A stretch of DNA of 64,000 nt from Ascoidea asiatica JCM 7603 (lineage: Eukaryota; Fungi; Ascomycota). The position numbers and the translations under genes are program-made. Under the pieces are notes generated by a model that had not been told where the DNA came from, did no database searches, and saw only the letters and a list, made by a program, of their open reading frames with translations. The DNA lies in the NCBI GenBank assembly GCA_001600695.1, contig BCKQ01000025.1, forward strand, positions 20,343 to 84,342. Direction: 5' to 3'. Positions 1 to 10,230 of this stretch are shown here, in pieces. Position 1 is the stretch's first letter, and each line of letters opens with the position of its first letter.

Positions 1-1462
1 AATATGTAGTTTTTTAATTTTAATTTTTTTAATGATTAATCAAATTTTACTTTTCTTAAGTATTTTAACATGTTCAAATTCAAAAGGTAAATGTTTACCA
101 CAATTAAAATTTGAATTTATCGAAAAAACAGAATTTTCAAAAGAAATTTTATCATCTGCAAAAGATGTATTTAAAGCAGTTACATTTTTAGCTAATGATA
201 TGCCAGAAAATGGATTTTTTTTTTTTGATCAAAATGATAATCTTAATAATAATAATTATAATAATAATAATAATAATAATAATAACGATATTTATTATAA
301 TGATAATGATATGGATATGCTTAATGAAAATTTATATAATGAAACAATTTTAAATGAAATGAATAAAGTTATTAAAGATTCTTATCGAAAAAATTCAGAT
401 ATTAATACATTTAGTACAAATAATGAATATGAATTAAGTTTTATGAGTTATTGTAGAATTAAAGATAAGAATAAACAAAAATTTTGTACTGGATTTTTTT
501 TAAATGGAATTGATATAATTTCAACATTAATTAGAGATTCAGGAATTCAATTAGGAGAATTAACAGAAAATGATGATTTAAAATTAATGGGAGATTCATT
601 TGCACTTGTTTATGAAATATCATTGTTAAATGCCAAAAAATTGAAAGATTTAAGTAAAAAAACTGATACTAATAAAGGAAAAGACGATAATGATAATAAT
701 AGTAATAATAATAAAAGTGATGATGATTATGATTATGATATTAATATTGATGACTATAATACTGATAATGTTGACTTGAGTGATGAAGAAAAAGAAAAAA
801 AATTAAATTTATTAAAACTAAATCAAAAAAAAAAAGATAAAAAGGTTCTTGAAAAGGCAATTTCTAAAGCTTTATTATTAAGAGTCATAAGTAAAGTACT
901 TCCAAGAATTATTAAGATTGTAATTTTTATAAATTTCATAAATATTATAATTTCAATTACATATATAATTATTGGAATTTTTTTATGGAAAATCAAAAGA
1001 AAAATAAGTAATGATGGAATATATTTTGAAGCTTCAAATTCAATAGGAATTATTGGATCAAGTGATTGTAATAATATCAATGATAATAGTTTATTTGATC
1101 ATAATGAAGATATTCCAGAATCTAATAAAATTGGAGATCATATTGATAATGAAAATGACAATGACAATAATAACAATAATGAGACTAATAAAAATTATTT
1201 TTTCAAATTCATTTCATATTGTTTGAAGCATAGAACCAGAGTAACTAGAATATATATAATAAGCACTTTAATAATTGTAATTCTAAGTTTTATTGTTGGA
1301 ATAACAATGAATTGTTATATAAAACAATTAAGTAAATTATTAACAAAATCACTTGGATTAGCACTTATTAAACCTGGAGAAGGAACTTTTTTAATTTGGG
1401 GAACATTTTCGTCTGGAATTGTACTTTTTATCCTACTTGTTTTAGTTTTATTTGTATTTTAA
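1..1462 (+). CDS. SMA2: Spore membrane assembly protein 2 homolog; 5' end probably upstream of the window
   Basis: Motifs TCSNSKG..CLPQ, YELSFMSYCR, GIDIISTLIRDSGIQLG and GDSFALVYEISL match recalled S. cerevisiae Sma2 (TCTNSKG..CAPQ, FELNYFGFCK, GMDVLEVLVRDVGIQLG, GDSLVLTYRLAL). The frame is open from position 2 (ICSFLILIFL before the ATG at 32). C-terminal TM segments. Confidence 0.85.
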   Translation, partial: ICSFLILIFLMINQILLFLSILTCSNSKGKCLPQLKFEFIEKTEFSKEILSSAKDVFKAVTFLANDMPENGFFFFDQNDNLNNNNYNNNNNNNNNDIYYNDNDMDMLNENLYNETILNEMNKVIKDSYRKNSDINTFSTNNEYELSFMSYCRIKDKNKQKFCTGFFLNGIDIISTLIRDSGIQLGELTENDDLKLMGDSFALVYEISLLNAKKLKDLSKKTDTNKGKDDNDNNSNNNKSDDDYDYDINIDDYNTDNVDLSDEEKEKKLNLLKLNQKKKDKKVLEKAISKALLLRVISKVLPRIIKIVIFINFINIIISITYIIIGIFLWKIKRKISNDGIYFEASNSIGIIGSSDCNNINDNSLFDHNEDIPESNKIGDHIDNENDNDNNNNNETNKNYFFKFISYCLKHRTRVTRIYIISTLIIVILSFIVGITMNCYIKQLSKLLTKSLGLALIKPGEGTFLIWGTFSSGIVLFILLVLVLFVF

Positions 1463-1722
1463 TTTGATTCGAATTGAAATAAGTAAAATCAAATAAATAA
1501 TTAAATAAATTCATCTCATTCTTTGTAACTGTTGAAATTAAAGGTTTATTTTGTAATATTCGAGTAGTTCCAAAATGGGTAACTCGGAAGTGGGAAAATA
1601 CAGCCAATTACGAGGGTTTCTCGTGATTTATATTTTTAATGTAATTGAGACCATATTTGAGGTACTACTTTTGGCATCTACCACTATGGTGGGTCACATG
1701 AGCATTTGAATTTAGAGTGTCT

Positions 1723-1730
1723 TGATTGGT
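1723..1730 (+). promoter_or_regulatory. Hap2/3/4/5 CCAAT box (TGATTGGT) upstream of NUJM
   Basis: Matches the TNATTGGT consensus about 180 bp upstream of a respiratory gene. Confidence 0.5.
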
Positions 1731-1910
1731 GATTTGTTTTGGTGTGTTTAGTTCTGAGAGGAAGATTGAAGAATATTGAGATTAGTGGTGATAATGGAGA
1801 AGTTGGAGAAGTTGGTGATATTGAATTGAAAACAGTTTGAATGAGATATATAATTGTACCAGGAGGGAAGTGATAAATAAACTAAATAGAAGTATAGGAA
1901 TAAATTAATA

Positions 1911-2519
1911 ATGAGTGAAGCAGCAGTTGAAGTTCCAATAGAAGTACCTGATTCTTCTTTTAAATTTCCACGTTATAGAATTTTAGATGCTGAATATAAA
2001 CCAGTTGATACAATTTCAAATACAATTAATGCAGCATGTTTATCAGCATTAGCAGGAACAATATTAGCAGCAGCTAAGAATTCTTTAAGTAAAGAAAAAG
2101 TTGGACCATTAGGTATATTATCAAGACAAGGAAAAACTTTAGCAGCAATAACAGTATCAGGTACTGCATTCACATTTGCACAATCAGTTTCAATAAATTT
2201 AAGAAAAAATAATGATCCAATTAATGAATTTTATGGAGGTGCATTTACTGGATTTCTTTTAGGTTCAATTACAAAATCAGTACCAAAAATTTTTGGTTTA
2301 ACTATTGGTATTGGAAGTTTATCTGGATTTTTTAGTTGGGCTGGACAATTAGTTGGTATTCAAAAACAATCAGCTTATTATAATCAAAAAGATTTAAAAA
2401 TTAAAGAATTTCCAAGTGGTGATGAAAATAAAAAACAAGGTTTCTGGGAAGTTGTTCAAAGAAGACCATTATCACAAACTATTGAAGAATTAGGTACTGG
2501 ACGTGGTATATTTAAATAA
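1911..2519 (+). CDS. NUJM: Complex I accessory subunit NUJM / NDUFA11 (21.3 kDa, Tim17/22 family)
   Basis: Gly/Ala-rich TM helices, NLRKNNDPINEFYGGAFTG, and the fungal-type C-terminus RRPLSQTIEELGTGRGI. Confidence 0.85.
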   Translation: MSEAAVEVPIEVPDSSFKFPRYRILDAEYKPVDTISNTINAACLSALAGTILAAAKNSLSKEKVGPLGILSRQGKTLAAITVSGTAFTFAQSVSINLRKNNDPINEFYGGAFTGFLLGSITKSVPKIFGLTIGIGSLSGFFSWAGQLVGIQKQSAYYNQKDLKIKEFPSGDENKKQGFWEVVQRRPLSQTIEELGTGRGIFK

Positions 2520-2557
2520 TTTTTGTCCTATATATACAATATATATAAATTTATAAG

Positions 2558-2588
<31 letters not shown>

Positions 2589-2661
2589 TAATCAATAATT
2601 TATTTAAACTTCTATTCTAATAATTATTCTAATAATTATTCTAATTTATTCATTTATTATA

Positions 2662-3897
2662 TTATAAACCCATACTTCTTAAGACATCTAATTCATCTTG
2701 ATCTATATTATCCATATCATTATCTATTTCAAAATCTAATTCATTCTCTATTTCATTATCTTTTTTATTATTTATTTTATTATCTTTTTCACTGTCTTGT
2801 TTATTTGTTGGAGGTTGGGAATATTTAGTTGTTAAATTCATGAATTCTTCGTCATCATCATCATCAAAGTCATCATCAAATATATCATCAAAATTCTCTT
2901 TCTCTTTCTCTTTCTCTTTCTCTGGTTCTTTGTCTTTTTCTATTTCTTTCTCTTTCTCCATTTGCTTTTCTTTCTCTTTTTCTTTATCCTGTTGTATTTC
3001 TTTTTCTATTTCTTTATCAAAATCATCATCTTCATTATCATCATCATCGTCATCATCATCAGAAATTATATTTCTTTTTCTTCTTAAATTTGATTTATTT
3101 GGTGATATTATATCATCTTTATCTGTAATATTATTTGTAGTACTAATATTTATATTATTTGATAAATCATTTGAATCATAATCATCACCAACAAATAATG
3201 AATTTGATTTATGTATTTGACTTTGATTATTATTTGTATCTATATCATTTACATCATCATCACTTAATATTATTTCCTCAGTTTGTTTTTGTTTTTGTTT
3301 TTCTTGTTCTTTTTCTTTTTCTTTACCTTTATCTATATCTATAATTACATTTCTATCTATATTTTTATCAGTAGATACATCAATATTAAAGAAATTATTT
3401 GAATCATATTCTGAATTAATTAAAATTTTTCTATACTCTTTTAAATATTGATCAGTTTTTAAATTATTATTATTATGACAATAATAAATAAAATCATAAA
3501 ATGAATAATTTGGAAATAAATTATGAGCCCATAATGCATAAAATTCTAATAATTTAATTAAATTATCATATTGAAATTTAAAATTATCTTTTTTTTTGAA
3601 TAATTTTAATTCATTTCTTCTTTTCTTAAATAATTTATTTATTTTATTACTGTTTTTTAAAATATATGGTAATCCTTTATTACTTAATAATTTTTCAGAA
3701 TCTAATTTAACTCTTTTTCTAATTTTTGTTATTTTTAAATCTTCTTCATTAAGACCTAATATATCATCTTTTTTTTTTGAATTTGAATTTGATTTGGAAT
3801 TAAAATCATTTAAATCTTCTAAATCACTTGAAATATCCTGAAAATAATCATTCTCAATTCCTATATCAAGCTCCTCATTCAAATCTCTCATACTCAT
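2662..3897 (-). CDS. CSM3: Replication fork protection protein Csm3/Swi3
   Basis: Swi3 domain RKRVKLDSEKLLSNKGLPYI...NLIKLLEFYALWAHNLFP; acidic tail; MCB sites in the promoter. Confidence 0.9.
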   Translation of the reverse strand: MSMRDLNEELDIGIENDYFQDISSDLEDLNDFNSKSNSNSKKKDDILGLNEEDLKITKIRKRVKLDSEKLLSNKGLPYILKNSNKINKLFKKRRNELKLFKKKDNFKFQYDNLIKLLEFYALWAHNLFPNYSFYDFIYYCHNNNNLKTDQYLKEYRKILINSEYDSNNFFNIDVSTDKNIDRNVIIDIDKGKEKEKEQEKQKQKQTEEIILSDDDVNDIDTNNNQSQIHKSNSLFVGDDYDSNDLSNNINISTTNNITDKDDIISPNKSNLRRKRNIISDDDDDDDDNEDDDFDKEIEKEIQQDKEKEKEKQMEKEKEIEKDKEPEKEKEKEKENFDDIFDDDFDDDDDEEFMNLTTKYSQPPTNKQDSEKDNKINNKKDNEIENELDFEIDNDMDNIDQDELDVLRSMGL

Positions 3898-4057
3898 TTT
3901 TGATGACTGTCTTTTATTAATTATTACTTGCAGTTAGATCTTCTCATTATTTTGCATTTACTTCTTCATAAAAAGAATACTTTCTTGAAAAGTCTCAAAA
4001 AGAATGTCTGAATTAAACTTTAGAATATAACTATTATATAATTATAAAGTTTCGATT

Positions 4058-4078
4058 ACGCGTTTTCTATTTACGCGT
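4058..4078. promoter_or_regulatory. Two MCB (ACGCGT) elements upstream of CSM3
   Basis: ACGCGT at 4058-4063 and 4073-4078 in very AT-rich DNA; MBF control is expected for an S-phase gene. Confidence 0.75.
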
Positions 4079-4980
4079 CAGTTTTCAAATCTCGGACACC
4101 ATACTGTCCCTGATACTTCCTATGCCTGTCCGTGTCCCGTCTTCTCGTCCTCTGCTGCCGTCGGCCTGAGCTCACTCATGGCACTTTCCCACCCCAACCA
4201 CAGCAAGCAAACAAGCAAGCAAACAAGCAAACAAACAAATAACGAACAAGCTTACCAATTATTCATCAACTCACATTTATAATCAATATCAAGATATCAA
4301 TAATAACAGAAATAACAGAAACAAATAAAATAAAGGTCAAATTTATTAAAGAATTATATCAATTCAATTCCAAATATAATCTTCAATTTGTTCAAATTCA
4401 TATTCAATTCATTTCAAATTTATTTCTACAATTTCTTTTTTTCTCTATTTTCATAATTCTTCTCTAAATCTAATTCATTAATCCATTCAAACCTAATTCA
4501 AATCTAAATTCAATCTAAATTTATTCCAATTCAAATCCGATTGATTAAATTTCTCAAAAATATTAAATATATCTCGCAATAGTCATCCATAATTTTACTA
4601 TCTTCAATTTATTTATATTTACTTAATAATCTTCTCACCTTTTACTTTCTTTATTCATATTTATTTATAATAATATTTATATTCAATTCATGCCCAGATT
4701 TAAAAAATTTCATTTTTTAGTTTAAGTTAATATTTCACTATCCTTATATCATTATATCATTATATCATTATCATTATATCATTGTCATTATCTTAATAAT
4801 AAATATCATTTTCAATTATATTTTTATTAAATCCTAAATTAATTTTAGTCAATTTAATTAATCAAATTTATAATAAATATGATCATTTAATATATCTTTT
4901 TATATCATAATTCAATATACTGTATATATTATGAATTTCAAAGATATTAAATCATATACTGTATTAATATTTATAAAAAA

Positions 4981-7900
4981 ATGATAATAAACTTAAATAA
5001 TTTACTCTCATATATTCAAAATTTATCATCATATATTCAAAACTTACCAATCATAAATAATTTATTAACAGATATAAATATAAATATAAATATAAATACA
5101 AATATTGATAAATTAATAAATTTAATTAAATTATTAATAAATATCTCAATTTTTTTCATAACTTTTATATTTCCAACTATATTATCAATAAAAATCTTAA
5201 ATTATAATAATTTATCACTTTTAAAATCTTGGATAAAATATTTATCAATATTATCAATTTTTAATTCAATTAATAATGAAAATTTTAATTCATTTAAAAA
5301 TTTTATTTTTTTTAAAATTTTTTTAATAATTTGGTTATTTTCTCCATATTTTCAAGGTTATATTTATATATTTAATAATTTATTTTTAAATAATTTTACA
5401 AAAAAAGATAAAAATAGAAATAAAAATAAAAATAAAAATACAAATAAATTTATATTCATTATTGATTTAATTTTTGATAATTTTTTAAAATTTATTCATA
5501 TTTCTTTATTATTTATAACTAAAAATATTCTTTTAAATTTACCAATTATAAAAAATTTAAATTCAACTATTTATTTTAATGAAATTTTATTAAATATTAA
5601 TCAATTTATTAATTTAAATAATTTCAATTCATCCATCATCAATAAGACCACCAATAATAATAATAATAATAATCAAAATAATAATAATCAAAATAATAAT
5701 AAAAATAATCAAATTTCAATCTCAATTAATCAATCTAATCAATCTAATTCATATAATCCAAAAATTAATTCAAATGATCCATCTGAACAATTTTTTACAA
5801 GTTTAAATAATTCAAATAATTCAAATAACTCTTTATCTTCTTTAAATAATTCTTTAAATAATTCTTCAAATTTAATTAAATATAATGATAAAAATATATA
5901 TTTAAATTATTTCTTAATTTTACATAATGAAAAACTTTCTTATTCTTTAATTTTGGATTCCTTATTAAATGGTTTTAATTTATTATTATTTAAACCAATT
6001 TTAAATATTTTTAAAATTTTAAAATTTATAATTAATTATTTCATAAATTATTTATTTCTATTATATAATAATTCAAAAACAAGCACAATTTCAAACACCA
6101 ATTCAAACACCCATTCAAATATTATTAATAACAATAACATTAATAATAATAGAAGAAATTTCTCAAATTACACTTTATCATCAAACAAATCTCAAACAAT
6201 AATAAAAGATAATTCCTCAAACTCTTCAAATTTAAATTCTTCAATCTCAAATTCAAATTCAAATTCCGCTTTAACTTCAAACACAATTTCTTCTTCATTA
6301 CCAAATCTGTCAATTTATAATACCAACATTAATAATAATAGTAATAATAATAATAGATATTCAATACCTCAAATTCAAATTAATAATAAATCAACTTCAA
6401 TAAATAACTCAAATATTAAAAATACCAATTCAAATAGTTTATCAAATTTAAATCAATTAAATCAATTAAATCAATTAAATGATAATTCAACAACTTCTTT
6501 ATCTTTTCTTAAAAAAATTGCAAGATCAAGATCAAGATCAAAATCAAAATCAAAAGCAAATTTAAGTGATTATAATGATTTCATAACTAATTTAAATAAT
6601 AATAATAATAATAATAATAGTAATAATAATAACGTTATCACTAACACCAGTCCTAATAATAACATTAATCAATTGATAAATAAAAAAGCAAGATCAAATT
6701 CAACAATTTCTTATGATAATAATTTAATTCCAGGTTCAGGTTCTGGTTCAAATTCAGGTACAAGAATTAGTGAAATTATTGAAAATAATATTATTGGTAG
6801 TGATAGAAGAAATTCTTTTAAAGATTTTTTAAAAAGAACTTCATCAATAATTTCAAATAAAGGTACAAAACAAACTTCTCCAACTTTAACACCTGATTCT
6901 TCAAATGTTAATTTATATTCTTTAAATCCAATAACAATTACTAATAATTTAAATGATTATCTTGGTTCTATGAATAATAATAATAATAATAACTTAAATC
7001 AATCTCAAGATAAACTTAAACCTGAAAATGAAAATAATAATGTTTCAAGCCCGACTTTATCTATTAAACCAACAACTAGATCTCAAAGACAATATTCTTC
7101 AACTTCTACAATAATGCCTCTATTAAATGATAATTATTCGCCAATTAAAAATCTTAAAAATTCTAATAATTCAAATATTCCAGACAAATCAAACTCAAAT
7201 TCAAAAGTTTTATCAACTACAAATAATCATTTTCATAGTGATGATATTTTAAATAATCCTCGTAGAAATTCAAATCTGTCTATTGATACAAGTTTAACAA
7301 ATAAATCAAATCCATCAGGTCAAGCTCAATATCAACAATTTTTAACAAATTTAAATAATAAAAATATTACTAATAGAATTCAACAAGGTAGAAAAAGAGG
7401 TTTAACTAATAGTAGTTCAATTTATGTAACTCATGATTTATATAATGGTGCAGAATTAGATAAACCTGAAATTTATGATAAAGAAGGTAATATGAAAAAA
7501 AATACAATTAGTGATTTAAATAATGATAAAGAAAAAAATGAAATTATTAATAATAATAATTCTGAAAATGGAAATAAAGAGGTTTTAAAAGAAAAAGCAA
7601 GAAATAATTCATACCATGCTTTAATAGATTCAAATGATCCTCCATCTTCTTTAAGTACGAATGGTTCTGATTCTATCCATGGAAATGATGAAAATAAGTA
7701 TAATAGTCAAGTTCATCATACTCATAATAATATTAATAATAATCCAAGAAGACAAAAGAGTTCAAGTTTCAATTTCGGAGCTGTTGAAAATAAAAATACT
7801 CTGACACCATTAAAAGGAAATCATTTAGAAACTTTATCATCTTCTGCACTTGATTTACAAGAAAATAAAAAAGTATCTGAATTGTCATTCAAAAAAACTA

Positions 7901-9303
7901 ATTCTCATACTAGAAATTCTAGTGTTTTAAATTTAATACAGAGAAAAAATAGTAATAAACCTGATATAGTTACCCCAACACATCTAGAAAAAGAATTTAA
8001 TGATCTAAGTCCTAGAACAACATTTCTGAAACTTGGTACGATTAAATTACCTAAAATTAGTCCTGGGAAAGTAAATGAAAAACAAGAGAATAGTAAAAAA
8101 CAAGAAAATAACAATAATATTAATAATAATAATAATAATCCAGCAACAACAAGTTGGCTTGGACTTCTTTATAGATCCGGTAAAAAATTTGCATTTGGGG
8201 ATTCTTCAGATGAAGAAAATGATAATAATAATAGTAATAATAATAATGAAAGTTTAAATGAAATATCCAATAAAGAAAGTGAAAAGATCATTTCAGGAAG
8301 ATCATTTAGTTTTGATAGATCACCTAATAAAACTAGTTCTGAAATATTTATAAATGACAATTCATTTGCTTTAAAAGATCCATTTGTTGTGAAACCATTA
8401 AGATCAAAAACGAGTCCAATTTCAGATGAAGATTTTAGTATGCGAACACCAAAAATTATTCATCAACCTAGTAAAAGTTTTACAACAATGTCATTAAATG
8501 GCCCATCACCTATACGTATAAGAAGAGGTCTGACAAATGATTTAGGACCTATGGGAACTTCAAATAGAAAACAACAACTTCGTCATAATAAGGAAAGAAA
8601 AAAATTTAATCAAAGTTATGAATTTTTAGGTATGAATGAAGAAGAAATTCCAAAAAATAGGAATAGTGTTATGAGATCTAATTCAACAGTAAGTTTAAGT
8701 AGAAAATTAACTGGACAATCGGGATTAAGTGGTTTATTTAGTAAATCTCATACACCATCATTAGGTGGAGATAAAGTTCTTGAGAATCCAGGAAAAAATT
8801 CAAGTTCGGATATAATTTTAGAAGAAGATGATGATTTACATTATTTATCATATGAATATCCAGTTGGAGCAAGAGGAGTATCAGTAGTTCCTGCAAATAG
8901 AATTAATAAGAATAGAAATTCAGAACAATATGATAAAAATCAATTAATTGAAAAAAATATGAAAAGAAGTAGTCATCCAAGTAGACTAAAATCAATAAAA
9001 AAGGGTTTAAAAATATTTTCAATATCTGGTCATGGAAGAAAAAGTTCTGGTGATCATACTAGTTTCATAGATTCTCCTGAAATATATTCCAGAACAAATA
9101 ATTTTAGTAGTTTAAATGATCTTGATAGAGTTAAAAGAAAACTGCATAGAGGATCAGAAGATTTTTCACCTTCAAGCTATTTAAGACATTCAGCACATAA
9201 TAATATCAATTATTTAGTTAATTCTCAATTAAAAAAGATCAGAAATAATAATGTTTATACTTCCTATGCGGATGAACCAGTAACAATTCCAACTATTCAT
9301 TAA
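4981..9303 (+). CDS. TB2/DP1/HVA22 (REEP/Yop1-like) domain protein with a very long Asn/Ser-rich disordered tail (1440 aa)
   Basis: N-terminal FIFPTILSIKIL..SWIKYLSILSIF..FKIFLIIWLFSPYFQGYIYIF resembles the REEP hairpin domain; the rest is low complexity with RxxS sites. Confidence 0.6.
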   Translation: MIINLNNLLSYIQNLSSYIQNLPIINNLLTDININININTNIDKLINLIKLLINISIFFITFIFPTILSIKILNYNNLSLLKSWIKYLSILSIFNSINNENFNSFKNFIFFKIFLIIWLFSPYFQGYIYIFNNLFLNNFTKKDKNRNKNKNKNTNKFIFIIDLIFDNFLKFIHISLLFITKNILLNLPIIKNLNSTIYFNEILLNINQFINLNNFNSSIINKTTNNNNNNNQNNNNQNNNKNNQISISINQSNQSNSYNPKINSNDPSEQFFTSLNNSNNSNNSLSSLNNSLNNSSNLIKYNDKNIYLNYFLILHNEKLSYSLILDSLLNGFNLLLFKPILNIFKILKFIINYFINYLFLLYNNSKTSTISNTNSNTHSNIINNNNINNNRRNFSNYTLSSNKSQTIIKDNSSNSSNLNSSISNSNSNSALTSNTISSSLPNLSIYNTNINNNSNNNNRYSIPQIQINNKSTSINNSNIKNTNSNSLSNLNQLNQLNQLNDNSTTSLSFLKKIARSRSRSKSKSKANLSDYNDFITNLNNNNNNNNSNNNNVITNTSPNNNINQLINKKARSNSTISYDNNLIPGSGSGSNSGTRISEIIENNIIGSDRRNSFKDFLKRTSSIISNKGTKQTSPTLTPDSSNVNLYSLNPITITNNLNDYLGSMNNNNNNNLNQSQDKLKPENENNNVSSPTLSIKPTTRSQRQYSSTSTIMPLLNDNYSPIKNLKNSNNSNIPDKSNSNSKVLSTTNNHFHSDDILNNPRRNSNLSIDTSLTNKSNPSGQAQYQQFLTNLNNKNITNRIQQGRKRGLTNSSSIYVTHDLYNGAELDKPEIYDKEGNMKKNTISDLNNDKEKNEIINNNNSENGNKEVLKEKARNNSYHALIDSNDPPSSLSTNGSDSIHGNDENKYNSQVHHTHNNINNNPRRQKSSSFNFGAVENKNTLTPLKGNHLETLSSSALDLQENKKVSELSFKKTNSHTRNSSVLNLIQRKNSNKPDIVTPTHLEKEFNDLSPRTTFLKLGTIKLPKISPGKVNEKQENSKKQENNNNINNNNNNPATTSWLGLLYRSGKKFAFGDSSDEENDNNNSNNNNESLNEISNKESEKIISGRSFSFDRSPNKTSSEIFINDNSFALKDPFVVKPLRSKTSPISDEDFSMRTPKIIHQPSKSFTTMSLNGPSPIRIRRGLTNDLGPMGTSNRKQQLRHNKERKKFNQSYEFLGMNEEEIPKNRNSVMRSNSTVSLSRKLTGQSGLSGLFSKSHTPSLGGDKVLENPGKNSSSDIILEEDDDLHYLSYEYPVGARGVSVVPANRINKNRNSEQYDKNQLIEKNMKRSSHPSRLKSIKKGLKIFSISGHGRKSSGDHTSFIDSPEIYSRTNNFSSLNDLDRVKRKLHRGSEDFSPSSYLRHSAHNNINYLVNSQLKKIRNNNVYTSYADEPVTIPTIH

Positions 9304-10230
9304 TTCTCTTTTACATTTGTTTATCTTATTTACTTCTTTTTCCGTTCATGGGGCTGTTGAACATTTAATCAATTTTATCCATAGTTATTTTGCTTCACTT
9401 TCATTCATATTTTTTTTTATTTTTATTTTCATCTTTATTTTTATTTTTATCTTTATTTTTATTTTTAATTTCAATTTCTATTTAGATTTCAATTTCAAAA
9501 TTAATATTTGATGTTTTGTTTCATTTTTTGAATTTTTTAATATTTTGGATTTTATGATTTTTTTTCTTCTCTTTTATTTTCAGATTATTATTCGAATAGT
9601 TTCTGTTCTCGTTCAAGTTTTTCATAATTATAGTTCTTAAAAGTTTTCCAACAAAGTCTCGTAAATAAATAATTAATAGTAATAAACAATAGACTTTACA
9701 ATTCCGGATATTATAATTTGTAAATAGAATTGTTAATTGATTTCTTAACTTTGCAAATGTCAATTGAAAATGAATACTTTATGAGTTTTTAGCTTCTTTA
9801 AAAACTAAAAAAATTGCCATTTTTATATTTCATGAAGTACAAAAACAAAGCGAAACCAACAGAAGTTCTGTTTTTAAAGGGGAAACTCATAAAATTATCA
9901 AATATGATAAGGGCAAATCTGTACTGTTTGAAAGGGGATTTTCATAGTCCCAAAGTGGTAAAAGGTAAACAAACAACAGCTTTTCTTGGGAAAAAGCCAA
10001 AAGAAATCAAATTTTAAATCATTTTTTAAGCTGTGACTTTAAAAGAAAAGAGGTTTTTGGGGCTTGAGACTTGAAGATTCGATTAAAAAGAACTGGAACT
10101 GAAAGAAAAATATTTGCTTGTCAATTATAAAATATCTTCTGGGAACTCTTGTTTTGTATTTCTGAATAATAATTGAAGTAAAAGAAAGAAAAATAGACAG
10201 ACTACTTGAATAATTATAATAATAATCAAA

